From contig CAVPXM010000013.1 in the NCBI GenBank assembly GCA_963709405.1, forward strand, positions 32,001 through 96,000: 64,000 nt of DNA. The letters run 5' to 3'. The notes below the pieces were generated by a model, which was given only the letters and a program-made list of their open reading frames with translations, had not been told where the DNA came from and searched no databases. Position 1 is the first letter of the stretch, and the number at the start of each line of letters is the position of its first letter. Shown here in pieces: positions 1 through 12,340 of the stretch. The position numbers and the translations under genes were made by a program. Origin of the DNA: an uncultured Nitrososphaerales archaeon. Lineage in GTDB: Archaea > Thermoproteota > Nitrososphaeria > Nitrososphaerales > Nitrososphaeraceae.

Positions 1-437
1 AATACTCAACGCCTGTTAGCGGATTAGGAATGTGATATAAAGACTATGATTGCAGTGCATTACACTACGTCAACTAAAGGTATTCATTAGCTTTTTTATA
101 GTAATTGTCAGGATTGCTGAGGTCTGAGGTATGTATTTATCCGAAGGTGATTAGTCTGTGGCCTAACCCCAGTTAGAGCATTTGTCCAAAACTGGTTAGG
201 CTGTTCATACATATACAAATAGGCTATAAGGTCATCACCAATGAATTCGCCAATGTTTAATAAAGATAATATAGCAAAGGATTTGACGTAAACCACAGAC
301 AAACTATAATCTACACTGTGTTACATTTGTATTGATTTAATCAGAAGCAATTAGCTGATTTAGAGTAGCCCTTTATCAAGAAAGTAGTTGAACCCCTTTA
401 CCACAAGGGATATAATCCCACCCAGTCCATTGAATCC

Positions 438-1422
438 TTGGCTCAAATCCCGGAAACCAAAAATAATAAGAAAGTCAGTTGTGAACAAATATCATCCACC
501 AACTTTGCAATAAATGATATAGGTAGGTGGACCACATCTAAGAGCAACAAGACAATCTTCGAATTGAGGGACTTATATTCTAGACAAAAGACACTGGCAT
601 ACTGGACTGAGAATAGATACTGATCTTCAGGGACATGACAGGACTGATGTTTTAAAACTTGTACAGTATATGCAAGACAGGGATAGGAGCATATTGTGGA
701 TTGTGCGGTGTATCACAGCTCTTATTCAAATGCGAAGACATATGCAAAAGAGCTTTAAGGAATCTACTGAGAAAGATATAAGATTATTATTCAATTGGAT
801 GGACGAACAGAATTACAAAGCATCAACTCATGAGAAATTCAGAAAAATCCTAAAGTTTTTCTACAAGGTATCTTACGGAAATAATGAATATTATCCACAA
901 CAAGTTAAGTGGTTCTCAGTAAATGTAGGCAAAGAAAGACGAAGCAAGGAGATGAATATTGATATTGCAGAATATCTTGAAGAAGAGGAAATTAAACAGC
1001 TAATAGAAGGTGCTCCTACACTACAAAAGAAGGCATTCTTGGCATGTATGTATGAAAGTGGCGCTCGTCCTGAGGAGTTTCTGAGACTTACTAATTTGGA
1101 CATAAAATTGGATTCTAAAGGAGCTATCTTTATTCTCAGGGGAAAAACAGGCGAAAGAAGGGTTAGAATTATCTCTTTTGTTAAATTATTACAACAATGG
1201 TTAGAAGTACACCCCTTGAAAAAGTTGAACTGTTATTCCATCTGGATAATTCAAGCAACGAATTACAATAATCAACCACTAGGATTGAGAGGCGCACAGA
1301 AAATTATTGAAGAGGCACTCCCGAGATCAGGACTAATAAATAAACATACTAGACTTTACATTTTAAGACATTCTAGAGCTACATATTTGGCCAAACATCT
1401 GACCGAAGCTGAAAGACAATAG
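438..1422 (+). pseudogene. Tyrosine recombinase/integrase, frameshifted and 3'-truncated
   Basis: ORF 670-1422 has YESGARPEE (catalytic R), GKTG and YILRHSRAT but stops before the catalytic Tyr; the N-terminal part is in another frame (438-623). Confidence 0.85.
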
Positions 1423-1535
1423 GACTTTTCTGTAAATGTCAATCTTTAGTACTAGGTCAAAAAGAGTCATTAATTGTAAAGCGGCAAAAAGAGAAGGCTA
1501 TACTGATTTAATCATTCGTAACTACTCATAGGCTA

Positions 1536-2472
1536 CTATTGTACTAACTTGTAAGCTACAAGTTTGTTGTTCTGCATAAGAGGAATTATAATCGTACTTT
1601 GACCTGGTATAAACCCTAGGTCAGCAGCACCTTTTGTGTGTAAATCTATCAAAGTTACATATCCAGTTCCATCAGCATTAACGTCATATACCTTTCCTGC
1701 AGGATTATCAGTAACATAATAATGTGTTTCGGTAGCATCCGACACTATTCCGTCAAGACCACCAAAAGGAGAGCTAGTTCCTGCTTTTCCTAAACTGCTT
1801 ATTGTCTTATTTTTTATATCAATAACCTCCATGCCTCCTCCAGGTTTACTTAAAGGTCCCAAAGAAACAACAATTAATTTATTTTTGTTATTGTCTATAT
1901 ACAAACCATTAGGACCGTTTAGTTGTGGGCTTTGTAACCAAATTTGTAAAGAAGGTGTACTATTCTCAAGGTTCGTATCTAGCTTGTAGATAGTATTGGT
2001 AATTGTATCAGATACATAGATATTTCCTCGATTATCTGCTACAACATCATTAAGAAAAGCACTTCCTGGCGCATTGAAGCGCTTGATTATTTTACCACTA
2101 GCAATATCTATTTCAACAAGATCTGTGATGTCTGAAACATATAACTTACTATTGTCGTTAGAAATAGCTATACCCTTTGGGGGGGTGAAATCCATCTGGT
2201 TTTCCATTTACATTTGAAACCAACAAGAAATTTTGTTTACGCGCATAAGCTACTGATTCTGGGTTCTTCAAGTCAGTTAGCGTTTCCCATAATTTGTTAA
2301 GCTTTGTCTGCCCTGCTTGTTGTTGCTGTTGCTGCTCTTGTGCTTGTGCTTGATTATTGTTATTCAAATTAATGCTGATTCCGCTGAATAATACTGTTCC
2401 TGATATCGCTACTATAAGCAAAAAGGTTCTAACTAACGGTTTCTGTGAAAGCCTTCTATTATTTGCAATCAA
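1536..2472 (-). pseudogene. Secreted SMP-30/gluconolactonase-like beta-propeller protein, split by a frameshift/deletion
   Basis: Signal/TM segment, LKNPESV, FLNDV, GPNGL and GLDGI repeats; the two ORFs overlap at a G/C run near 2180. Confidence 0.75.
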
Positions 2473-2758
2473 TATTCAAACATTACTGAACGTAATTAAT
2501 AAACCTAAGTCTTCATATTCATTATTGTATTCTCATCAGGCCATATTTTGGGTTCGCCCAAATTGCATGGTAGACAACGATTGTATGATAGTATCCTCAC
2601 ATACTTATCATGTTATTACTCGATGAAAAAATTTAAAAACAAACAAATGGAGTACCATAACCTCAAACAAAACTATGGACAATGAAATACTACAGATTTA
2701 GCAGACGAAGTAAAAAATCATTGTCTTCTCTTTACAATAACTAACAGTATGGCTAAAA

Positions 2759-2915
2759 CTATATGTGTCTTCTCTCAATCTCTTGGAACCTAGCTGATAA
2801 GGCAACTAGTTGGTCTGATAAATGTGCTATAGCATAATCCTTAACCTTATCACATTTTCCTAGTGACTGATTCAATGCTTTCAATTCCTCTACCTTCGTC
2901 TGTATATCTATACTA
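2759..2915 (-). pseudogene. Integrase-type C-terminal tail fragment
   Basis: Translates IQTKVEELKALNQSLGKCDKVKDYAIAHLSDQL, homologous to the fragments at 3005 and 32990. Confidence 0.55.
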
Positions 2916-3004
2916 TGCACAAACTCACTAATCTCATAAAATTGATGTCTTTCACCTTGTTTTACTTTATTCAGTCCAAGAAGCTTGTTTTTATATCCTT
3001 CCTG

Positions 3005-3190
3005 ACAGATTCAGAGAAAGCAGAAATAGTTAAAAAAAGTTGAACCATATCTGACATTTCTAAATGTTTCATCAGCTAGAGCGACTGGGAGCAGATATTC
3101 GAACTAAGGTAGAAGAACTAGAAGAATTGAATCAATCATTAAGACAGCGTGACAAAGTAAAGGATGATGCTATGGCATACCTTCAGTGTT
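3005..3190 (+). pseudogene. Integrase-type C-terminal tail fragment
   Basis: EKAEIVKKVEPYLTFLNV..QLERLGADIRTKVEELEELNQSLRQRDKVKDDAMA with a frameshift. Confidence 0.55.
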
Positions 3191-3345
3191 AAAAGCGTTA
3201 CAAGATAACGATGTTTCTGAATTATGCAACAAAGCAGATGAATCAAAAGACTACTTTCTGCTTTATTATGAGGGGCATCTATTCTATAAACAATTTTATG
3301 CACAACAATATTAGGAGTGTATATGGATGAGTTAGTGAATATATT

Positions 3346-4759
3346 ATGAAAAATAAAAAAGCCAATAACAACAGCAATGAAAAGAAAGAAGACGACAAAC
3401 TGAAGAAGAACGATGACTTAGTTAATCCTAATCAAATTGCGCCAATTAGTTGTTGTACTTGCACGGATAGGTTACATTTCTAATTACCTACATGGGTTAC
3501 ACTTTTCTGTTTAGTTCTCGTATGTGTACTGGATGTAATTAACCTTTGTAGGAACATCTCCGATGGAGTAAGACCATTTATGCCTCCATGTTCTCTGGTT
3601 TCGTTATATGCTTTAACAAACATGTCGTATCTTTGTTTACCATCATCTATGTTTGGTATATCTTCTAATGCTATGAATTCACTCTTTACAATCTTGTTAT
3701 ATGCTTCTACTTTGCCCTGTAACTGCGGATATGATTTTGGTATTTGCTTATCTTTTATCTGATTATGTATAAGGAAATGTCTGAATATTCTGGATGTAAA
3801 CTGTTTACCGTTATCATGCATCATCATCTTAGGCTTACCATTAATCATTATCCAGTCCTCTAATACATTAAGAACATCCACTGACCTCTTTCTTTCGGAC
3901 CACTTGCTAGCTACCTTCCTAGAACAATCATCTAAGCAACTAATGATGTAATTCCTTTGACTGGAATTACTCAGATAGAAAGGGCCAAGGATATCCACTT
4001 GCACCATATCATTTGGATGCTTCATGACAAACCGTTTGTAAGTTCTTGCTTTGGCCTTACACATGAGGATATTAAGACAATGTCTCTTTAGTATCTTGTA
4101 TATAGTTCGGGTGCTTAATGAGATTCCAATGATTCTTTTTAGTCGAAACTTGATCCTATTACATCCAAATCTCTTAGTTAATCGTAGATCAAGTATAGTC
4201 TCTTCTACTTCTGGTGTTACCTTCCTGTAGTTGATTTTATGAGGCCTTCTGAAGTTATCTGATAGGCCTTCTATCCCTTTCTGCTTGTATCTATTATTCC
4301 ACTTGTAGTAAGTCTTTCTGGATACACCATATCTCTTACAAATATTACATATGGTATCGCCAGTCCATTCTTTTTCGTGTATTAGATTAAACCTTGTTCT
4401 GATTTCTATATGGATTCACTTCCCGACAGAAGTGTAACCCATGTCTGTAAGCTATAATGTCACCTATGTCAGTAAGTACAACAATTAGTAATTTATGGCA
4501 ACAATATTCTCCTATGGCCTGGAGCGAAATATATAACGAGTATATTAATTACACAAGAAGAATGACTGAAATATATAATGAATACGCTGAAAGCTCACAG
4601 AGGATGACACAGCTGTATAAGGAACTGGCTGCAAATGCAGAGAAGACGACTGAATTGTATAAAGAATCTGCCAATAGGACAGAAAAAATGACCAAATATT
4701 GGTTACACTTCCTTCGGATGAAGCCATTCTCAAAAAATAAAGAAGGAAAACAAGAATAA
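3346..4759 (+). pseudogene. Small helical hypothetical protein interrupted by IS481
   Basis: ATG 3346 reads MKNKK...APIS up to the TSD and continues in frame (NLWQQYSP...) after the IS. Confidence 0.75.
3451..4483 (-). mobile_element. IS481-family element, copy 1 (1033 bp)
   Basis: TGTTGTACTT...AAGTACAACA terminal IRs, 6-bp TSD ATTAGT, rve DDE transposase (QVD, HDNG, GKVE). Confidence 0.95.
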
Positions 4760-5557
4760 CAAAAAGCACTTCTACAATAAAAGAGAAGGAATTGATGGTA
4801 TTGACGATGCTGATGTTCCACCATTAGTATATGAAAAAACAAAGGAATTTATCGCCTTCATATCAAAAGGTCGTAAACATCTGAAGGTATACGGTGACTT
4901 TGTTGCAAGATATATTCACTTTTTTACAATTCTATGGAATATCACGTTCAAATTAAGCCAAGGAAAACTTAATTTCTTGACATTATTGGTGAATTCACGA
5001 AGATTATGGTCTGTCGCCTTAAGAGGTTACTATGCGACAGTAACAATAAAGCGACCTCCATTATGGCCCTAACATACATAATAACTTCAAGCATCTTAAT
5101 TTGGGCGACATGTTCCTCAATAGGGTTCATCCTATCAACACATTTAAAACACACGAAAAATGTAATGCCTATTTCTTCCGTTCTAACGATTATAGTTGCT
5201 ATTTTTCAACCAGTTTTTATTCAATAGGCATAGTCCACCTGGATAGTGTTATATAACCTGTGCAATGCCTACTACCAACGCGTCCCTATTGATATAACAT
5301 CGATTGGATTCCAGACTCCAATGGGGTGATCAGTCCATGTTTCCTTATTTATACGAACTGCATATACTTTCACACTCATAATCCTGGCAGAAGCCGAGTC
5401 TGTTTGGAGAAAAAATGAATTAATCGATATTCAGTCAGAGTACTAATTTAATACGTCGTTGCTACAGGGAGCGTCATCTATATCTGAAGATTATTAATAT
5501 AAATGCTGACTAGATCATCCAATATACTATTAAGTGAGAGTACACGTGATATAATAA

Positions 5558-5986
5558 ATGACATCAACAATAGATAATGAATTAAATGCTACCTTTAAGG
5601 ATATCATAAATGACATACTTATTCACGATAATGTCATGTTCTCAGTAAGAAGCGCTGGCGCTGTATGCGAAGTGAATGCCGAAAAGAATTTGCCTTTGCG
5701 TATTCGTGAATCATATGCAACAATAGGCGACGAAACCAGACCTTGGCACATACATGTTAACCTTAGCGATACAAAAGAAGCAAAGTTTGTAACAGAGAAT
5801 AAAACTGGTGGCAAAAATAGCTATAGCATAAGGTTCTTTGATTCAGAAGGGAATTTAGTATTACGAGCTAATTTTGTCAGGATGTATGATAGTTCAAATG
5901 CGCTTATTCAAGAAAGACTCTTAGCATATGAAGAGATATTTGCAAAGTATGGTAAGAAACAAAGCCTACTATTAAAAGCAAGATAA
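5558..5986 (+). CDS. ChuX/HutX (HemS-like) heme-carrier fold protein
   Basis: GAVCEV..., HIHVNL, SYSIRFFDSEGNLVLRANF pattern resembles ChuX/HutX. Confidence 0.6.
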   Translation: MTSTIDNELNATFKDIINDILIHDNVMFSVRSAGAVCEVNAEKNLPLRIRESYATIGDETRPWHIHVNLSDTKEAKFVTENKTGGKNSYSIRFFDSEGNLVLRANFVRMYDSSNALIQERLLAYEEIFAKYGKKQSLLLKAR

Positions 5987-6006
5987 TCAAATTCAAATAA
6001 ATAAAT

Positions 6007-7178
6007 GAGGCTTGGACATAATTGAATTCTATATTTTTCATATATTATTTGGTAACATATTAACTACATAACATGTGTTTGATTGATTTTGGTCGTTGAC
6101 TACGTCTGGTTTTATAATTGTAGTAGACAAGGATCTGATATAGTAGTACTGACAGAAGTGCTATTCCAGCAGACCTTCTGGTAGCCTCTTACTGGTAATG
6201 GGTCTATTCTAAAAACAGATTTAATATGTTCTATTAGTGGTTCTATCGATTTACTTCTCCAAGAGTAAATAGCCTGTCCTAACTCAGATTCATAGAATTG
6301 TATCAGCTCAAGTCTGTCAGTAGGGGTATGTTCATATCTTTGTACTGGACATACCAGTTCAAATCCTCTTTTAGTACTCAAGTCATATAGTTTATGGTCG
6401 TCATACCCAGAATCGCCTATCATGAAACATGTTTCTGGAGACAGAGATGATGATGATATCATCGGATTGTACATTTGATTATCTTGTACATTAGCAGTTG
6501 TAAAATCTGCTCCTAATGGGACTATGACTGAACCAGTACTTGATATCATATGTAGTTTGTAACCAAATATCCATCCTTTAGCATGGCTGAATCCCCATCT
6601 TGCGTCAGTATCTATGCCAGAACATGGTACTATACCTTTGTTCATAGATGATTTGTGCCAAACATGTCCTTTGGCTTTCAGTAAAGTACTATCTATTGCA
6701 ACAATGTATGGATCTATCATCTTTTCGCATACAAACATGCAGGTCATGATAGTAATCCTTTTTTTGATGTCTATGGATATGGTCTTAAGTCGTCTGTCAA
6801 ATGTTCGCCTGTCTGGTATTTGGGTAAGACCACATCTTTTCATTATCTTCTTATTGTAAGGATAATCCAATTCTAGGAATTCATGTAATGCATTGTTAGA
6901 ATCCAGTCTAAACCATAGCCTAACTATGAAACATCTCAGAATTACAGTAGGAGAATACACATATGGTCTGCCCCTTCTTCCCTTTTGCGATTCTGACCAC
7001 GGTATCGAACCTATCAAGTACAGAATACTAAAAAGAATAGATTCACATTTACTACCATCATATGCTATCCTTTGGGAATGTTTGATTATGTTTCATCACA
7101 AATTCAGACACTCAAAGGATAGCTTTATTCTAATTCATTATAGACATAAAATATGGATCTGGAATATGCCCAAGCCTC
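6007..7178 (-). mobile_element. IS element with DDE_Tnp_1-type (IS4/IS5/IS982-like) transposase; C-terminal frameshift
   Basis: IRs GAGGCTTGGACATA / TATGCCCAAGCCTC, 8-bp TSD AAATAAAT; ORF 6112-7017 has IDST, GYKLH, GDSGYD and IE motifs. Confidence 0.9.
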
Positions 7179-7226
7179 AAATAAATACGTTCTTCAATTT
7201 TTAATAATGGTGTATTTTATATAAAT

Positions 7227-8717
7227 CTACGAAGCAAAGAAATAGATCACTACTAAGTGGAGTGTCTAAGTTTATGTCGTTATTCATTCATTACATAACG
7301 TAGATTTCGAAATAATTATAGCTTGGGACAAATCATATTTTCATTCTGTGAATCATCGTTCCAAACTCATACTTACCATACTACAGAAGAACAAGTTAAA
7401 GTCATTTATGAAGAATACGAATAACAAAAAGGAATACCGCAGGTTACTGGCTATACTCCAAAAAGTTGAAGGTAGATCTTATGAAGATATAGCAAATGAA
7501 CACGGAGTCAGCAGCAGGTCTGTACAAAGGTGGATTGCTGCATACATTAAGAAAGGGATTGATGATGGAGTAAGGATGAAGAAACCTGGTGGATCGAAGT
7601 CCAGCATAACAGACGAAAACAAAGAGATTATTCTATCAGCATTGTTTAACGATCCACATATCTTTGGTTATCTAAGGAATACATGGAGTCTAAGGTCGCT
7701 GGCAAGGTGTCTTACAGATGAGCTTGATATTCCAATCAGTTTCAAACATCTACAAAGAATAACTAAGGATATGGGAATTAGATACAAAAGACCAAAATTG
7801 GAACTATTACATGGAGAGGATTATGAACAAGGGAAAAAGAGAGTGGATAACTACAAGCAAGTAGCATCAGCTCTGAAAAAAAGAGAGTTATAATGGCATT
7901 TGAAGATGAAACTACCATAACACAGAAACCTTGTATTCACAAGTCCATGAGTTTTGAAGGCGAGCAACTGAAAATAGAACATAATGGAAGTAGAAGGAAG
8001 TTCTCCGCATATATATCCATGCTATGGCCTGAAGAGAAATTAATGACGTATGATTTCTATGATAGAATGAATTCTACGAGTACTATTGACCATCTGGAGA
8101 ATCTCAAGAGAAACATTATGAAAAGTGATTGGTGGAAAAGACTCATACTCATATGGGATAACGCTTCATACCATGTAAGCCTAATGGTACGGAATTATAT
8201 CAATGCACAGAAAGAAGAAGACTGGCTGACCATTATTCACCTACCAAAGAAAGCACCATACCTAAATCCAAATGAAAGGAGAGTAAACCAGCAGATAAAA
8301 TCAGATGTGTGTGCAAACAGATTTTATACGCAGATAGAAGAACAGAAAGCTCCAGTATCAGGTTATCTAGAGAGTAGATTTGGAACTTGGAATGACGACA
8401 GACACTACGACACTTGACTTAGAATCCTTACCGCCTACAACAAACCTGTGACTGACATTAGCAGGAATAAAGATAAAATCCGCACTATTAACTGGATTCA
8501 GCTTCCCTTCGATTTCTATATATCCATCGCCTTTAACTACAAAATAGACCTCGTCAACTGAATGTGGAATTTGAGTATCTTTCTCTCCCTCTCTAAGTCT
8601 AAGGATTCCCATATCCATACCCTTGTTGTCAAAGACACTCAAGAAATAACTACCAGTATCATCTAAATCAGCAATTACTTTGTCAAGACTGGTAAAATTA
8701 TCTTCTTCCTTTTCCAT
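7227..8717 (-). pseudogene. Cupin-domain protein interrupted by IS630
   Basis: PHSVDEVYFVVKGDG and FIPANVSHRF cupin motifs; the native tail VVIYFFAS* lies left of the IS at 7227-7255. Confidence 0.8.
7254..8421 (+). mobile_element. IS630-family element; two ORFs (7348-7893, 7893-8417) joined by a probable -1 frameshift
   Basis: HTH ORF plus DDE ORF (FEDE, WDNASYH, PYLNPNE); A7G at 7876-7883; about 33-bp imperfect IRs; TA at both ends. Confidence 0.92.
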
Positions 8718-9339
8718 TTATTTTATTACGCAGTATGCTAACACCCTCGAATATAATTCTATTTTATTTCGGATCATTCTTAAGCACAACGTGAAGGTAT
8801 TGATTGTGCATTCTGTACAATAACTTCAAAGTATTAATTCCTAACATATTACACTTAGAAGAGAGATACGTGTACGTTAAGGCTCCTTAAGAAACCTCAT
8901 GCAGATATGCTCTACATGCAGGATCCTTTTCTTCTCTACTGTACGTGTTTTTCAAAACGTTTCCAACTCATAAAGGATAAAGTCTAGATGCTGGAAGGTG
9001 GTCAATATACTATGAATTATTGGTACGGGGTTTCTATTTTGTAGTCTTCATTGTTCTTGCTAACAAAAGAGCTATTTGGAGAGAAAAATATAATTTTGTT
9101 TACACGAAATTACTTGATATCTAGGGTGGCCCATTTAATCAGTAAAATAATGACAATTTCGTGTCTATCTTATTTTAAAAAATAATGACATTTAATGTAT
9201 TATTTAATTTTTGAGAGCAGCGTTAATATGTACACATTTCAAATCAGATCTGTAATTACTCAATCCCCCCACCACCACTCTGCAGAAATCGAGAAAAACA
9301 TTTGATAAAATTCGGAGACATGATCGCACTAAGCAGTTC

Positions 9340-9560
9340 AATTCACTGTAAGTAGAGATATCGAGGTACGTGGTATCCACAAGCTTACAGATTCTTGAGA
9401 TTAAATCATCACATCGATCCTCCATTTAAGAAAAGTCTTATTGAAAGAACAATACAGTATATCAAGGATAGAACCGAGAGTTTTGACGACTAACTTTATT
9501 CTAAATTCTGTAAATGCCGAATAATATGCTAATACTAATTTGTTGTATTTAACGGCCCAT
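9340..9560 (+). mobile_element. IS6-family transposase remnant
   Basis: GTWYPQAYRFLRLNHH...KSLIERTIQYIKDRTESFDD matches archaeal IS6-type transposase C-termini. Confidence 0.6.
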
Positions 9561-9622
9561 TTCTATAGTATTTAGAAAAGTGAACTTTATGTCTTATCAA
9601 TACATAGGGCTATCAGGTAGAA

Positions 9623-9832
9623 ATGGAATCTCTAATAAAACTAAAAAGATTACTTGACAACGATTATAAAATTGAGAAAATTCAACCTCCAGTATTCGCA
9701 TCAGATGCTGAAGTTAATATCGTAACTGTGACATTACTCTGCCCTGACGGTAAGATAGAAACCATTCGTGCGTATAGAGAAGAATCGAGAGCGCTTAGGG
9801 AATATATCAGAAATTTACACCAGAATCTCTAG
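9623..9832 (+). CDS. Hypothetical protein
   Basis: Clean 69-aa ORF with ATG and protein-like composition. Confidence 0.6.
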   Translation: MESLIKLKRLLDNDYKIEKIQPPVFASDAEVNIVTVTLLCPDGKIETIRAYREESRALREYIRNLHQNL

Positions 9833-10159
9833 GCCATTTTTTAAGATTGATGGTTTTACTCTGCGGTAAACTCTTTTGGTATGGATGGTAGGGATCGTAA
9901 GGATGGTGTAACCCGGAGTTTCTGGATAATAATAAAAATCGAATCATCATGATAGAGTCCATAACGTAAGGCATCTAATCATCAAAAAAAGAGAATAAGA
10001 ACATCATTTACTCTGTTCCGATAATTCCTAGCATATCAAACCCATCGGCGTATCACAACCTATAGGGCTCTGGTTGACGATGCGTATGGATACGTAAACG
10101 CTGGGACTTGGGGAGCCACGGTACCAGTAGGCGAGTATGTGTTCTCTGTCTACGCATGA

Positions 10160-10921
10160 GGCACAGCAGAGTTCGTAGTAGATTTAGGAAATGGAGTCAA
10201 GCCTAATTCTCAGCTCACTTATCCTGCTGTAGGTAAAGGTCCATTTCCGGGGGTCTTACTCATTCACGGATCTGGTGCTCTTGATAAGAATGGAACTTCG
10301 GGATTTGTTCACAAGAACGGTCCTAAACCACCTACACCGTACTGGCAAATAGCTCAATTTCTATCAGAAAGAGGTTTTGCAGTACTCAGATATGATAAGA
10401 GAGGTATAGGTGCAAATTATACAATTGATCAGAACGTATGGGGAAATGCTACAGCCAATGATCTAATAGAGGATGCAAAGAACGCCTTGAATGTTCTTAC
10501 AATGCAGCCTGAAGTCGATGCCAAGAGGATAAGTTTAATTGGTCATAGTGAAGGCACAATTATTGCGCCAAGAGTAGCAATAGATAATTCGACGAAGGTA
10601 AAGAACATTATACTTATGGGCACGGTAGCCCAGAACCTTATTCGAGATATACTGCGCCACCAAGTGGTAGATCTACCTTCAGAATATGCGACGCAAGTTC
10701 TGGATAAAAATCATACTGGGCTGATATCGACACAGCAAATAGCAAAGGATCCTTTATTAGGATTTTATTTGGTGCCGTCTTCTCTTTTGGATACTAATAA
10801 TACCAAATTCATAACCAAGAGTCTAGCAGAGAAATTTGGCAGTAGTGGCCATAGAGCATGTATCTCAGTCGGAAGACATGGACAATGGGTAAGAATCCGG
10901 CGATTAGCAGCATTGGAATAG
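10160..10921 (+). pseudogene. Alpha/beta hydrolase (N-terminal and central part)
   Basis: PGVLLIHGSG, GFAVLRYDKRG and nucleophile GHSEG; in-frame stop upstream; C-terminus lost. Confidence 0.8.
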
Positions 10922-11259
10922 AAATAGAGAAAAGGAAAGGAAGATGAAATATGAATTTATCGTCTACGTCATCGATGTCATGTTGTCATGTGGAGGATTG
11001 AACCAGTTTGATAAGTTTGTCATCATTGCTATGGTCCAAAGTGTTCAAAGTGCATTATCTCCACAAAGCTGGTTTTCTATCGGAGATGACATACTTGCAA
11101 GATCCGTTCCATCACCCTCTACAATAGGAGCAAAAACATTTGGGGATGTGAAAGTAGCATTTTGCATTATTCGTTGCTATAGCATGGTATCTATAAAAGA
11201 TTGCTTTAGCTGTAGAACCCTTTTCCAGGAATTGTAACTTGACTAATATAGGATTGAAA

Positions 11260-11650
11260 CTCTAGCACATATGGAGCCAAGCAACGTTCTGTTTCTAACC
11301 AATGAGATTCTATGTCTGATAATACTTCTTTTTTCCCTATGATTGGTATACCAAATCAGATCTCAGCAGGTCTGCTAGTATTCGTGCATCTAATTTATCA
11401 GATTTTATTTTAGCTTCTGCAATTATTCTGGTCTTGTAAGGATTTGCCAGCACTGTGTTGATTCCATTATCTTCCAATGTGTCATGTATCCTGATCCACA
11501 TATTTGCCGTTGATTCTACTACAGCTTCACATTTTCCATAGCCTAATGCAATCTTGGTTAGTTTGTTTATGCCATCCTTATCGTTGCTAAAAAAGAACTC
11601 ATTTAAGGTCTGTCCACTTCTTTCTGTTAGGTGGATCCGATCATTAGGTA
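11260..11650 (-). mobile_element. IS110-family transposase remnant (DEDD N-terminal domain)
   Basis: AVVESTANMW...VLANPYKTRIIAEAKIKSDKLDARILADLLR. Confidence 0.85.
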
Positions 11651-11872
11651 GATTTTCAAAATATTGGCTATATTTCCTGTATCTGTGAATAAAAATTGTC
11701 TATGTATTCCCTGCCGTAAAAGCCGGGCAACTATCTTGCCATACTTCAGTTATTGCCCAATTATCTGGTCCAACGTTTCTGTCCACGCTTTAATAGCACA
11801 CTTAAGCATTGGAGCTATGAAAGGAGAGGGACCGTGCTGTTATCATACAAATAAATGATGATCTACTATTGA

Positions 11873-12130
11873 TTATAAAATCTCTAGGCATATTCCTGCA
11901 GCATAATTGAAAGCGTGGCGACATTTGCACCTGCGAGTATTGTGGTCATGTACCGAAAATTTATGATGGCATGTACGATATTCGCAGATTGGTTCTACTT
12001 GTTGACCGTATACATCAATAACCTTTGATTGGTGTTGCCCCGCTGATGATTGTTCTATTACTATTGTGACAGGAGAGTTTTTCTCTAAAAATGCAGAGTT
12101 TGTCTTTGCTAATGTCTCCGATTCAACCAT
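11873..12130 (-). CDS. Hypothetical Cys/His-rich protein
   Basis: 85-aa ORF with CEYRTCHHKFSVH...CKCRH. Confidence 0.5.
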   Translation of the reverse strand: MVESETLAKTNSAFLEKNSPVTIVIEQSSAGQHQSKVIDVYGQQVEPICEYRTCHHKFSVHDHNTRRCKCRHAFNYAAGICLEIL

Positions 12131-12340
12131 CTCTAGTTCCTCCTTCTTCCAGTGGCAGCTGTAACAATATTCGCACTTGACACATGTAAATTGGGTTCTA
12201 ACCTTACAAGAAACGCATTCTTTCTAAATCGGTAAGAGAGTATCTCTTAGGTAATCATGCTGAAAGTGCTTAATTATTTCCTGCATCACCGCCATAGTAG
12301 CTATGCTAATTTATCAGGAGCTCTTTCGGGGGCAACATTG

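Noticed and set aside
11260-11860. Functional IS110 bridge-RNA system
   Set aside because: Only a broken N-terminal fragment remains; element ends cannot be defined.
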